Shown here: positions 48,501-57,947 of the stretch, one piece after another | Layout: each line of letters begins with the position of its first letter | Numbering within the stretch: position 1 is the stretch's first letter | Source: Candidatus Latescibacterota bacterium | GTDB taxonomy: Bacteria; Latescibacterota; UBA2968; GCA-2709665 | Direction: 5' to 3' | Assembly (NCBI GenBank): GCA_965208835.1 | Contig: OZ242358.1 | Location: 1,088,001 to 1,152,000, forward strand | Length of the DNA: 64,000 bases | Program-made: the position numbers and the translations under genes | The notes under the pieces: generated by a model | Databases searched by the model: none | The model's input: the letters and a program-made list of their open reading frames with translations, nothing else | What the model was told of the DNA's origin: nothing

Positions 48501-48638
48501 GAACTGATCGCATACGAAACCCCGGATCACCCCCGTTGTGGCCTGGGACTGGGCTCCCGCCGTGCCGCTTACCAGGGCAATTAACAGCAGTACGAGGGAT
48601 AGCGTGCGACCGGGGGTTTGTCGTTTGCGTGGGGTCAT
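45600..48638 (-). CDS. TonB-dependent receptor (Oar-like) with carboxypeptidase-regulatory N-domain
   Basis: Signal peptide; LPNNGRNFLNL, AEFGRSSGG.VNVITKSGTN; C-terminal QIGMRYVF. Confidence 0.92.
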   Translation of the reverse strand: MTPRKRQTPGRTLSLVLLLIALVSGTAGAQSQATTGVIRGFVCDQFNSPIEGATVILREAGTNYRRVLASSEAGLFTATLLPLGFYDVTVRAEGWSEARQTGVQVRVGETVDLVIKMIIEMEEFVVVARRPAVDVTRTETATRLPEEAVQDLPNNGRNFLNLTLLTPGVSIVQGPDGDELTIGGQRGIHNNISVDGADFNNPFFGEQRGGQRPAFTFNLDAVAEIVVVPQGANAEFGRSSGGFVNVITKSGTNTLSGSAHFFGKHDALSEIARHNGTERRPSFRQGQFGFTLGGPLKRDKAFFFAAYDQQVLRDTRQSDAARMDPGLRAFMDTGFEGALNGDYGPIDRTNDARAFLAKVDLRLSRDHSATFKYNYTWSEQENGTFDVDSWARSANAIEKDWSHAFNGSLVSLLSPSTINEFRFQVSREDRPRPYEGPINPYTGRPFPDTAMDFEYGYRFGMPFFIPVEYYDSRVQLLNNISFARGGHLFKAGVEWNRVESVQTFIGFANGRYIFNSVDGFLNFVEKGNRYVECSNGNFSIDGQCPDGARITGPVLFYLEQAGVGGLSVEEAGTQSIPQHELALFVQDSWQASGRLTVNYGLRWEAQIQPDPITDPSRVFFADFIGKTLTNDEGAQRFPSNGRIPSDLDMIQPRIGLAFDTHGDNRTLLRASAGIYYARIPGLNLASTRSTNGSRGQSLYRSSELTPVLGPPPTYGELLPSPKGDPFQPAIYVFDERFENPRTISLNAGIEHEFQAAGLVGSIDFTYARTDNLTRFVNRNDAVFGSPWSTGLGPEGGNGIGNLTVVESTARSRYRGLSLGLRQMVNDDLQFQANYTMSWDRSDDDNERDPFTFRYVDPTRLDREWGWSDRDQRHRFNAWALAVLPGDIYMNNRVSLYSPQPVSAACGGNNRASTKHSTNPWGPASDRICADGSIVQRNTLRKDHGFFSWDVRLTRPIPVGNGTLEAIVEIFNLLNTDNYRDPSSAGLLFNFDGTVQSGLGDPREVQIGMRYVF

Positions 48639-48963
48639 ATCAGTAGATCAGGCGTTGGCTGTTGTGTGAGGTTAAGAAGCACTTCGTCAATTGCCAGGCA
48701 CAGAAACCGGTGAATATTGTGTCGACCACGCTACCTGGTCTTCTGTTGAAAGCAACCGCGTGCTCTCCGGGAGAGAACGGGCAGATGCGGAGGACGGGAC
48801 GCGCTAAACGCACGGGTCCTATCACATTCATTCGGCATTTGGGGTTTTATCCTCTCCATCCTGTGTATACATGTAAAATTTCGCATTTTGAATTTGGTTA
48901 GACAATAAAAAAAGCGACTTATCGTCGCCCTTGATTATTCCAATCCCCTCACATGTGCTTCTC

Positions 48964-49476
48964 TTACGCCGCCGAGCCCGGCCGTCGTAATTCGACGCGC
49001 CCGTGTTCGAGCAGCGTGACCACCCTGGCCTCCGAACACTGCATCCGCTCTGCAATTTCAGTTATGGTTTTGCCCTCGTCCTGATAAAGGCGTACCACCT
49101 CCGTTCTGTCGATCCCCGGCACGTATCCCTTGTTTCCTTTAAACCCGGCGTGTTTTGTGACCTGTATATCTCCAGTAACCTCCACCTGACAGGCCAGGCG
49201 CAAATTACCCTTCAGCAGCAGAAAGCGCAGGTTTTCCCTTGCGCCCTTCACGGTGAGTCCGTCCTGCGGGACAACCTCGACCGTGCAGGTCCCACACAGC
49301 CCGTTGCCTTCGCAATTCATGAAGCGGGTGATTCCGTTGTACAGACCGATATCGTTATCGATTGCCAGTTGCCGGAGGTTGGTGTGCGGTTTGCACTCGA
49401 TCGTTTTGTCCCAGTTCGTGAACGTAACCTTGCAGACCTTCTTGCGCTCCGGCAGACTTCCAACAAATGTGGACAT
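48964..49476 (-). CDS. 2Fe-2S ferredoxin with C-terminal HTH-like extension
   Basis: NCEGNGLCGTC ... RLACQ; then EGKTITEIAERMQCSEARV. Confidence 0.8.
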   Translation of the reverse strand: MSTFVGSLPERKKVCKVTFTNWDKTIECKPHTNLRQLAIDNDIGLYNGITRFMNCEGNGLCGTCTVEVVPQDGLTVKGARENLRFLLLKGNLRLACQVEVTGDIQVTKHAGFKGNKGYVPGIDRTEVVRLYQDEGKTITEIAERMQCSEARVVTLLEHGRVELRRPGSAA

Positions 49477-49490
49477 TGGAACCCTTAAAG

Positions 49491-49522
49491 AAGCTGTCAG
49501 CTTTCAGCCGTCAGCTATCAGC
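49491..49522. repeat. Imperfect 7-bp tandem repeat (nTCAGCy)
   Basis: GCTGTCAGCTTTCAGCCGTCAGCTATCAGC; single unit also at ~54388. Confidence 0.5.
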
Positions 49523-49823
49523 AAAAAGCTCAGAGGCGATGATATCTTGAATCGACGTCCGCGCTCTTTAATTGCGGTTGTAGGACCGACCCTTGTGGTC
49601 AACCGTGCCTTCCCGTCTCCCCACGTGCTTCTACCTTCTCACGGCCTACAAGGTATCGTTTTTCGCCTTTGTACACAAGCGGAAAACGGCGTCGCGGGCA
49701 ATCCCGTCGAAAACCGTCTGAAATGTGCGCAAACCGATCGAATTTGGTATATTAGGGTACTTCTGAAGGGCAGGCCCCTTCGACGAACGCCGCTATCGGA
49801 AACAGCGAGGATGCGCAAACCCC

Positions 49824-50726
49824 ATGGACGAAAAAGAAACGAAGTCGACTCCATCCGGCGAGACGGCCGTGCGCCAGGCCGTTACCTCCCATCCAAGGCT
49901 GTTCGAAAACAACCGGTACGTCTATCCGGTACTCTCGCGGCGCTCCGGCGGCATCTCCGTCGGCATCAATCTGAATCCCGACAAGATCTGCAACTTCGAC
50001 TGCATCTACTGCCAGGTGGACCGCACGGTCCCGCCCGCGCTGCGCGATGTGGACGAAGACCGGATCATCCGCGAACTCACTGCACTGCTTGACGACGCAC
50101 TTTCCGGCGGCCTCTTTCAACACCCGTCCTTCCGGAGTATTCCAGACCAGCTGAAACGGATCAACGACATCGCATTCTCCGGCGACGGCGAGCCGACAAC
50201 CTATCCCAGGTTCCGGGAAATCGTGGAAAAAACCGCCGACGTCAAACGTGAATTCGACCTGCCGGAGGTTAAAATCACCGCAATCACCAACTGTACACGC
50301 TTCCATGTCCCGGCGGTTCTGGACGCATTTGAAGTCATGCACAAGAATAACGGCGAAGTCTGGGCCAAGCTGGAAGCGGGCACGGCCGAATACTACCACC
50401 TGGTAGAACGTACGAAGATTTCTTTCCAGCGGATCGTGGACAATCTGAATCTGGCCGCGCGACGGTGGCCCCTTGTGATCCAGAGCCTGTTCATGCGCGT
50501 TCACGGCCAGCCGCCCCCCGACAACGAAATCCTCGCCTTCTGCAACGTCCTGTCCGACCTCCTGGTACAGGGTGGGCAGCTCAAAAACATCCAGATCTAC
50601 ACGGTTGCCCGAGAACCCGCCGAATCGTACGTCACCGCCCTGAGCGACGCCGAAGTCAACCGCATCGCCCAGACCACGCGCGAAAACCTGCCCGGCATCC
50701 CCGTCGAGTCCTACTACGGCGCCTGA
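49824..50726 (+). CDS. Radical SAM protein
   Basis: CNFDCIYC, FSGDGEPT. Confidence 0.9.
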   Translation: MDEKETKSTPSGETAVRQAVTSHPRLFENNRYVYPVLSRRSGGISVGINLNPDKICNFDCIYCQVDRTVPPALRDVDEDRIIRELTALLDDALSGGLFQHPSFRSIPDQLKRINDIAFSGDGEPTTYPRFREIVEKTADVKREFDLPEVKITAITNCTRFHVPAVLDAFEVMHKNNGEVWAKLEAGTAEYYHLVERTKISFQRIVDNLNLAARRWPLVIQSLFMRVHGQPPPDNEILAFCNVLSDLLVQGGQLKNIQIYTVAREPAESYVTALSDAEVNRIAQTTRENLPGIPVESYYGA

Positions 50727-51069
50727 ATCGCAGAATCTTACATGGATGGACAGGATAAACGGGATTGAAGAGGCATGATTCTGGTCCTGTCAATCTGACG
50801 TATATGAGTTTTCTGCGCTTCCGCACTCACGTCGCCAAGCTGCGCCCAGGCGACCGAATCGTGCTTGGGAGTTCGGCAGGCCGACGATGGACCTCTTGCC
50901 AGCGTCGCTCAATTCCTGATCCCGAGTCGATGTCCCTGGCCTTCCAGAAATCACATCCTCGCCCGGGGGCCCAGTCCACGGTCGGGCGCGAGCTCCTGAG
51001 CCGCTCCCTGAGCCTGTCGAAGGGTCGGCGAGGGTGTTCCCTCTGGTTACCGACATTGGAGGTAAAGAC

Positions 51070-51312
51070 ATGAAAGCCCGTTTGCAGAGTTGGGGCAATG
51101 ATCTTGTCCTGCGTATTCCCCTGCCACTTGCCAGCCAGATTGGACTTAAGCCAGATACACCGGTCGAGCTATCGCTGCGCGGCAGGAAGCTGGTCATCGA
51201 ACCAGCGAGCGCGTCCGACTTGAATCTGGACGACCTGCTGGCTCGTGTGACCAAGGACAACATGCACGGTGAGGTGGGTACCGGACCTCCTGCTGGCCGC
51301 GAAGTCTGGTGA
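51070..51312 (+). CDS. mazE: AbrB/MazE-family antitoxin
   Basis: WGNDLVLRIP, LDDLLARVT..N.HGEV..G...GREVW. Confidence 0.85.
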   Translation: MKARLQSWGNDLVLRIPLPLASQIGLKPDTPVELSLRGRKLVIEPASASDLNLDDLLARVTKDNMHGEVGTGPPAGREVW

Positions 51313-51451
51313 GACCCGTCGAGCAGGTGCCATAGCGCCACGATGCGATCTGGCGAAAGGATGACCCTCGGTATGAAGGCCCGAATCGAATTTCGGCCTT
51401 GACATTCTTTCGCTAATTACACATATTAAGTGTGCACTTTAAGGAGGTATC

Positions 51452-51697
51452 ATGAAGGCGACAATACTGGACCTGAGACGACGCATGAAAGACGTCTTGC
51501 TCGCACTCGATCGCAGCGAGACCGTCACCATCTACTATCGAGGCAAGGAGAAGGCGATCCTGTCGCCCAGCCTGAAGCGCACGAAAAAATCAGTAGAGGA
51601 CCATTCAGCCTTTGGGATGTGGCGGGACAGGAAAGATATGACGGACGTGGACGCTTACGTTCGCAATCTGAGAAAAGGCCGGCTGGATGATCTTTGA
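51452..51697 (+). CDS. Phd/YefM-type antitoxin
   Basis: MKATILDLRR..V.I.YRGK; overlaps the PIN gene. Confidence 0.8.
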   Translation: MKATILDLRRRMKDVLLALDRSETVTIYYRGKEKAILSPSLKRTKKSVEDHSAFGMWRDRKDMTDVDAYVRNLRKGRLDDL

Positions 51698-52076
51698 TAC
51701 CGATGTTCTGATCTGGGTCTTCAGGGGCCATGCAGGGGCAGCGCAGCTTGTAGAAGGGCAAGATGAACGTCGGATATCGCTCGTTACGTACGCGGAACTG
51801 ATCCAGGGTGCGCGGAACAGGCAGGAATTGAGGGAAATCAAGTACTTCCTCAAAGATCACGCCTTTCAGACCTTGCCGTTCACTGAAAACATCGGACACA
51901 GAGCATCCGTGTATATGGAAGAGTATACCCTCAAGACCACGCTTTCTCTGGCGGATGCCCTCATCGCGGCAACGGCCGTCGAACATCACCTGACACTCTG
52001 CACCGCTAACAAGAAACACTACGGCGCAGTGAACGAACTCGATTTGAGAGCCTTTCAGCCGCGACCGGATAGTTGA
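51687..52076 (+). CDS. vapC: PIN-domain VapC toxin
   Basis: FDTDVLIW, ELIQG, DALIAATA, TANKKHY. Confidence 0.9.
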   Translation: MIFDTDVLIWVFRGHAGAAQLVEGQDERRISLVTYAELIQGARNRQELREIKYFLKDHAFQTLPFTENIGHRASVYMEEYTLKTTLSLADALIAATAVEHHLTLCTANKKHYGAVNELDLRAFQPRPDS

Positions 52077-52391
52077 TCAGGCTCCGCATAGTCTATAGGG
52101 AATCCGATGGAATCGGGATTGCCCCGAGACTTTGCAGACCCCAAAGCAGTCAAGATCCACAAAAAGCCCAACGGCGACGCTCGAGCCGTTGGGCTTTTGG
52201 CATTGTTCCACCTGACGAACACCTCAAAACAGGCCTACCCGAACACATTCCTCCAATAGTGCAGCTGAACGTCGCGGAGTCTTCCGGGCTGTCAATCTTG
52301 GGGTTGCGGCGTACCGGGATGGCGGCGCGAAATACCAGTTCGCGCTACGGTCGAACCGCGGATAACGCGGAAACCGCGACAGGCTTCCTGT

Positions 52392-53174
52392 CTACGGCCA
52401 GACCTGCGGGAAGTGTTTTCCCTCCATCAGCGCCCCGTCCTCGACCTCCACGAAGGGTTTCATCACGTGCTGTCCTGAGGCCACGAAGCGCGTCTCGTGG
52501 GTCATGTAATGGATGGCAATGGCGCGACGGGGGCGGCTGCTGGTGTTTGCGTGCGACCCGTGCCAGGTCAGCGCGTGGTGGTAGTGTACCTCGCCCTTTT
52601 TCACGGGACACCGGACGATTTCCACGCGGTGTCCGTTCCACTCCCCGGGCATGTCCTCGTAGTTCTTGACCGACCGGATGAAGTCGATCTGGTTTCCCCA
52701 CTTGTGGGAACCGGGGACCATACTCATACATCCGTTCGACTCGCCCACGTCGTCCAGCGCCACCCAGGCGCTCACCTCCGTCATCGGTGCAAGAATCGGC
52801 CACAGCGGCGCATCCTGGTGCCACATGGTGACGCCGCCCCGCTCCGCTGGCTTGTACTGGATCTGATCGTGCCAGACGCGCAATCGAGCAGCGCCAGTCA
52901 GCTGCGCCACATCCTCAACGACCCTGCGCATACCTGTGAGTTCGCGAAACGGATCGCTCGCGGCCCAGATATTGACAATCTGCCAGACGGGCGTTTCCGG
53001 ATTCTGGTTCAGGTTTCGCAGATGAACGGGCTGCGGAACGTCCGACCGGTCGCGGTCCTCAATCACACGGTCCAGTTCGCGTCGCAGCGTTTCCACCTGC
53101 CCGTCGTCCAGCAGGCGCCCGCCGTTCAGGAATCCTCTTTCGTGAAACCTGGTGATTTGTGTTTCGGTCAGCAT
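52392..53174 (-). CDS. Phytanoyl-CoA dioxygenase (PhyH) family
   Basis: WHQD, NGCMSMVPGSH, HGSHAN..RRA. Confidence 0.9.
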   Translation of the reverse strand: MLTETQITRFHERGFLNGGRLLDDGQVETLRRELDRVIEDRDRSDVPQPVHLRNLNQNPETPVWQIVNIWAASDPFRELTGMRRVVEDVAQLTGAARLRVWHDQIQYKPAERGGVTMWHQDAPLWPILAPMTEVSAWVALDDVGESNGCMSMVPGSHKWGNQIDFIRSVKNYEDMPGEWNGHRVEIVRCPVKKGEVHYHHALTWHGSHANTSSRPRRAIAIHYMTHETRFVASGQHVMKPFVEVEDGALMEGKHFPQVWP

Positions 53175-53217
53175 GGGGCCAACGCACCTTCAGGGTGGGA
53201 AATCGTGTGAGTCCAGG

Positions 53218-54030
53218 TTACGGCGAACCTGCCAGGATCGGATGAACAGGGTGTTCCCAGGGCCCGCCCGCCGCCATCTCTTCTCCGGCCCCTGCCGCTT
53301 CCGTTCCGCCGGTAAAACGCACGTAGTCGGGTATGTAGATGATCGCGAACGCCCGCCGCGGCCTGTCCGTCAGGTTGGCGCCCGCGTGATGAAAGTTGCA
53401 GCCGTGATGAAAGGTCACCCCGCCCGCGGCCATCTCCATCGCGACGGGCTCGGCCACCTCGTGCCCCTTCTCCGCCATCTTCTCCACGATGCTTTCACCT
53501 GCCACCCCGAGCGCGATCGGTTCCTGCGGGCCCAGCTTGTGCGAGCCGGGAACAAAGTGAAGGCACCCGTTTTCAACAGTCACGTCGTCCACCGCCACCC
53601 ATGCCGAAAGCGCGCCGTCCGGCTCCATGGGCCAGTAGGGCATGTCCTGGTGCCAGTTGGTCGCGCGGCTGCCGGACCCGCCGGGTTTGACCATGGCGTG
53701 GTCGTGATAGATCCGCACGTGGCGGCACGCAGAGAGGCGCCGCGCGGTTTCGGCCAGGGCATGGTTGAACGAATAGGCTTTCACTTCCGTAAAATCCGTC
53801 CAGAGGTTCACCATCTGGTTGAAGACCTTCTCGTACGCTTCGGACCTCCGTCCGCCGTCCGGTGCGCCGAGAATCCGCTCCCTGTTGGTCTCGATGGCCC
53901 GGTCGACGGCATCTCGGAGAGCGGCAATCTCGTCTCTCGAAAAGAACTCCGGATACCTTATGTATCCGTTTTCTTGATAGAATGCCATGTCGTCCGGCGT
54001 TGCGGGGCTTTGTTTTTCCTCAATGGACAT
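53218..54030 (-). CDS. Phytanoyl-CoA dioxygenase (PhyH) family
   Basis: WHQD, ENGCLHFVPGSH, HHAGAN..RRA. Confidence 0.9.
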   Translation of the reverse strand: MSIEEKQSPATPDDMAFYQENGYIRYPEFFSRDEIAALRDAVDRAIETNRERILGAPDGGRRSEAYEKVFNQMVNLWTDFTEVKAYSFNHALAETARRLSACRHVRIYHDHAMVKPGGSGSRATNWHQDMPYWPMEPDGALSAWVAVDDVTVENGCLHFVPGSHKLGPQEPIALGVAGESIVEKMAEKGHEVAEPVAMEMAAGGVTFHHGCNFHHAGANLTDRPRRAFAIIYIPDYVRFTGGTEAAGAGEEMAAGGPWEHPVHPILAGSP

Positions 54031-54181
54031 TGTCGTTTCCCTGATTCACATGCCGTGTGCATCCACGTACCGAAAAAACCGCCGGTAATCGATGCACCAA
54101 AATACACAACGCGGGCATAAGTACCAACGGAATTCTTCGGAATGTCAAGCTACGTGAGCCTCAGTACTCCCGGCCGGTTTT

Positions 54182-54367
54182 TCAATACGCGATTCGATGT
54201 TTGTCCCGGACGAGCAACCGGTAACCCACGTAGATCAACAAGATCGGAACGGCAAGCTTGATCGCGAACCAGATCAACCCCAGCGCGATTCCGATGAGTC
54301 CGCCCAGCATAATCAGAGCCACGAATCCGCCGAAAGCCAACAAACAGAAACCAAGAAATTTGGCCAT
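54182..54367 (-). CDS. Small two-TM membrane protein downstream of pspA
   Basis: 61 aa, hydrophobic; GAGG RBS. Confidence 0.7.
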   Translation of the reverse strand: MAKFLGFCLLAFGGFVALIMLGGLIGIALGLIWFAIKLAVPILLIYVGYRLLVRDKHRIAY

Positions 54368-54503
54368 TGAATTTTCCTCAGAAGAAAGCTGTCAGCTAAA
54401 TGCGGGAAGACGTAAGCCGGGAGACGGGAGAAGGAATCATTGCCGATCTGCTCATCCTCTATGCCTGCGGCGAAAGTTGAAACCCATCGAATCGGGTCAT
54501 CTC

Positions 54504-55184
54504 TTACGTCTCACCTCTTGCCTCTAACCGCTTTTTCAACTCCCGCAACTGTGCGTCGATCCGTTCCCTACGGGCCATTTTCTCCAGGCATTCGTCCTCG
54601 TCCGGGTTGCCGCCGGTGATTTCCTCGTAAACCTCGGCAGCGGCTTCTTCGTGGTCAACCCGCCGGCAGAGTTCGTCGAACCGTTCAAACGCTTCGTTGC
54701 GAATCCGGATGGGGGATCCTGCGGCTGAAACCTGCGCTCGCGCCGCGCGGCTTCTGGCGACGAGGGTCCTCTGCCGCGCCCTGGCATCGTTGAGACGGAC
54801 CTTCAAGCGCGCGCATTGCCCCTTGAGCTGTTCAGATACCCTCCCGGCCTCGGCCATGGCCTTCTCAATCTCATCGGCTTCCGCATCCACCTCGGTCTTT
54901 CGCTCAAGCGCCAGACGGGCGAGGTCGTCGTTCCCCTGTGAGACGGCGCGTTCGGCGGTCCGGTCCCAGGCCGCCGCGTCCGCTCTCCGCGCCTTAAGTC
55001 TTCGTTCGAGAAGCCGCTGGCCGGCCATGGCATCCGCCACGGCGGCAGTGGCGTCGTTCACCGCGTTCTCCATCTCCGTCATCATGAGACGCGACATCTT
55101 CTCCGGGTCCTCCATCCGGTTCAGCAGATCGTCCACGTCCGCCCGAATAATGTTCGCGATTCTCGACAATGTCCCTGTGGCCAT
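54504..55184 (-). CDS. pspA: PspA/IM30 family protein
   Basis: IIRADVDDLLNRMEDPEKM, DDLARLALERK, coiled coil. Confidence 0.9.
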   Translation of the reverse strand: MATGTLSRIANIIRADVDDLLNRMEDPEKMSRLMMTEMENAVNDATAAVADAMAGQRLLERRLKARRADAAAWDRTAERAVSQGNDDLARLALERKTEVDAEADEIEKAMAEAGRVSEQLKGQCARLKVRLNDARARQRTLVARSRAARAQVSAAGSPIRIRNEAFERFDELCRRVDHEEAAAEVYEEITGGNPDEDECLEKMARRERIDAQLRELKKRLEARGET

Positions 55185-55256
55185 GCCGGTCTCCTTTCAA
55201 TGGTTGGTGAGGTGTTTCCTCCCGGGAATGTCCTTTGCCGCGCTGCCTATGGACAA

Positions 55257-55272
55257 TACAAATGTCGTGCCA
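55257..55272 (-). promoter_or_regulatory. Sigma54-type promoter for pspA
   Basis: TGGCAC-N5-TTGTA (-12 deviates from TTGCA), with an AT-rich IHF-like tract upstream. Confidence 0.55.
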
Positions 55273-55558
55273 AGAATCCCGTTTATGATTAAATGATTGG
55301 TTTATAATAATTTATTAAAAAACGATAAAAGAAACCGTCCGGGATATTGGCGTGATACGCCATCCCGAACGGCCGAATGCACCTATACAGAAAAAGGAAG
55401 AAGGAAAAAGGAAAGAACACTTTCCCGTATTATGCCCTCGATGCCGGACTTTCGCTCATGGGTAAACAGGAATGGATCACGAAAGAGGGCGCGAAACCGG
55501 TGCGGTGCGGCGGGGGACCGCTCCCATCTATCTTCTTTTGTCTACTCACGTTTTGACG

Positions 55559-56683
55559 TCAGGATGCCGCAGGGGCTCCCGCCAAGGACCTCGCCCCGTG
55601 CGACGGCTTGCCACCGGAACGGCGGGCCTGAATCAGTTCAGATACGACGCTGATGGCGATTTCCTCCGGGGAATCCGCGCCAATGTCCAGTCCAATGGGC
55701 GCGTGTATCTCATCAAGACGCTCCCTGCTGATTCCCTTCGCCTCCAGTTCCTTCCACATCAACGCGATCTTGCGCCTGCTGCCGATCATGCCAATGTAGG
55801 CGGCGTCGGTCCGGACCGCCTGCTCCACAACCGGCTTGTCGTGCTGGTGTCCTCTGGTCACCGCGACAATATAGGACAGGTCATCGATTACCAGGTGTTC
55901 GAATGCCGTTTCCATCTCCAGCGTGAGCGTCTCATCCGCCATGGGAAAGCGCTCCCTGTTGGCGAACATGGGACGGTCGTCGATAACGACGATTCGAAAA
56001 CCCACGGTGACAGCAATACGGGCGATGGCGAACGAAACGTGCCCGCCGCCGAACAGGTAGAGCGTGGGCTCCGGGCAGATCGACTCCATGAAGACCTTCA
56101 GCGGGGTGGCGGATTCGTCCACGTCCAGCGATACGACCTCGAGCAGGTCCTCCGGAATCGTATCCATTTCAGCCACTTCGCCCAGGACCACGGTGTCGGC
56201 CTCCGGCGATCCCAGCGAACCCACGACGGTCCCGTCGGCGCGCACCAGCAGCTTGGCGCTCCATTTCGAGGGATCCCCTCCGGACACGAGCGTGGCCAGC
56301 ACTGCGGACTCCCGGGCCCTGCGGACCTCTGCCACGGTCTCGAGTACCGTCTCGGACCGGCCCCTGTACAGCGGCTCCGTGAAGATCTCGACGTTACCGC
56401 CGCAATTCAACCCGTTTTCGCCGGCGTGTTCCTCGGTCAATATAAAACGCTGAAGCGTGGGTACGCCCGTCTCCATCACGTCGCGGGCTTCAGCCCATAC
56501 ATCCGCCTCGAGGCAGCCGCCGCCAACCGTACCCACGATCTCGCCATCGGGACGCACCAGCATCTTGGCCTTCTTGCTCATCGGCAAGGATCCCTTGCTG
56601 GAGACAATCGTCGACAGCGCCGCATTCTCTCCCGACGAAATCATGTCCAGGGCTTCTGAGAATACGTCCTTCATCGGAACCAC
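55559..56683 (-). CDS. XdhC/CoxI molybdenum-cofactor insertion chaperone
   Basis: GTVGGGCLE, FGGGHVS, TRGHQHD, YIGMIGSRRK, APIGLDIGADSPEEIA. Confidence 0.92.
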   Translation of the reverse strand: MVPMKDVFSEALDMISSGENAALSTIVSSKGSLPMSKKAKMLVRPDGEIVGTVGGGCLEADVWAEARDVMETGVPTLQRFILTEEHAGENGLNCGGNVEIFTEPLYRGRSETVLETVAEVRRARESAVLATLVSGGDPSKWSAKLLVRADGTVVGSLGSPEADTVVLGEVAEMDTIPEDLLEVVSLDVDESATPLKVFMESICPEPTLYLFGGGHVSFAIARIAVTVGFRIVVIDDRPMFANRERFPMADETLTLEMETAFEHLVIDDLSYIVAVTRGHQHDKPVVEQAVRTDAAYIGMIGSRRKIALMWKELEAKGISRERLDEIHAPIGLDIGADSPEEIAISVVSELIQARRSGGKPSHGARSLAGAPAAS

Positions 56684-56751
56684 CTCCTTAAAGACCGCTT
56701 CTCAATTCCGGATGCCGGATTGGGACTCCGTGCAATTGTGCATCGAAAGCA

Positions 56752-57915
56752 TTATCGCCAGACCGAACGCAACGTTTTCGCCAGCTGTACGAGACTCTCC
56801 AGATTGTGCGCGGCCATGAAATGATCCAGATACGGTAAGGCCGTTTTCATGCCAAGGCAAAGCGGCTGGTAACCAGGGCTGCCCAAGAGGGGGTTCAGCC
56901 ACATCAGTTTATGAACGCGCCGCCGCAGCCGCTCCATCTCCCGCCGCATGAGGTCCGCGTCTCCGCGGTCCCAACCGTCGCTGACAATGATCATGACGGT
57001 TTTGGCTTTCAACATCTCACGGGCAAACCGGTCGTTGAACTCCCGCAGGCAGCCGCCGATATCGGTCCCGCCGGCCCAATCGTGAACCGTGTCCGCCACC
57101 TCCCGGAGCGACTCCTCCACGCTCTTGTTCTTCAGCAGCCTGGAGATGGGGGTCATCCGCGTGGAGAATACCCCAACCTCCACGTCGCGGATTTCCCGCT
57201 TCAGCGCGTAGATGAGCTGAATCAGAAACTGGCTGTAGCAGTCCATCGATCCGCTGACGTCGCACAGCAGCATCAGCTTCGTTTTCTTGATCCGCCGCCG
57301 GCGCCTGGCAAGGGCCACGCCGTCCCGTCCGTAAAGCGCGTTCCTCCGCCAGGTCCTCCTGAAGTCGATCTCCACGCCCCGCTTCTGCGGCTCCCTCCGT
57401 CTGCTGCGTCGGTTGGCGATGATGTCGACGATCTGTGCGATGACCTGCCTGGCCTTTTCGATTTCCTTGTCGCTCATGGCGGCCAGGTCCTTGCGCATCA
57501 ACGCTTCGTCGGGGCTGTACCCGATCTCGTCGGAGTCTCCCTCGCCGTCCGTGTCTTCCTCTTCCTCTGTCGCGGTTTCGACCGGTTCGTCGAGTTGGTC
57601 CGACACTTCCAGGTTCTGGTCGTCCGCTTCTTCGTCGGCGACCTCCATATCAAGGGTCCGGACGGGGGCACTCCAGAATGCATGAAATACCCGGTCGAAT
57701 GTCTCCAGATCGTCGAAACGGGAAACCAGCGTGGCGCGCGCGGCGGCGTAGAAATCCCCGCGCCGGCCGATATCGATGAATCTGAAACTCTGGCAGAAGT
57801 CGATCAGATTGCCGGAGTTCACATCCACGCCCGCCCTGTGCAACGCGCGCGAAAAGGCCACCACCCGGCCCATCATGCTCCCGTCTTCAACCCGTACCGG
57901 ATTCATTCCGTCCAA
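56752..57915 (-). CDS. CoxE-like VWA domain protein
   Basis: CDVSGSM, GGTDIG, SDGWD, WLNPL. Confidence 0.9.
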   Translation of the reverse strand: MDGMNPVRVEDGSMMGRVVAFSRALHRAGVDVNSGNLIDFCQSFRFIDIGRRGDFYAAARATLVSRFDDLETFDRVFHAFWSAPVRTLDMEVADEEADDQNLEVSDQLDEPVETATEEEEDTDGEGDSDEIGYSPDEALMRKDLAAMSDKEIEKARQVIAQIVDIIANRRSRRREPQKRGVEIDFRRTWRRNALYGRDGVALARRRRRIKKTKLMLLCDVSGSMDCYSQFLIQLIYALKREIRDVEVGVFSTRMTPISRLLKNKSVEESLREVADTVHDWAGGTDIGGCLREFNDRFAREMLKAKTVMIIVSDGWDRGDADLMRREMERLRRRVHKLMWLNPLLGSPGYQPLCLGMKTALPYLDHFMAAHNLESLVQLAKTLRSVWR

Positions 57916-57947
57916 CCCATGGAAAGGTCTCTAGGTCCGACTTGTCG

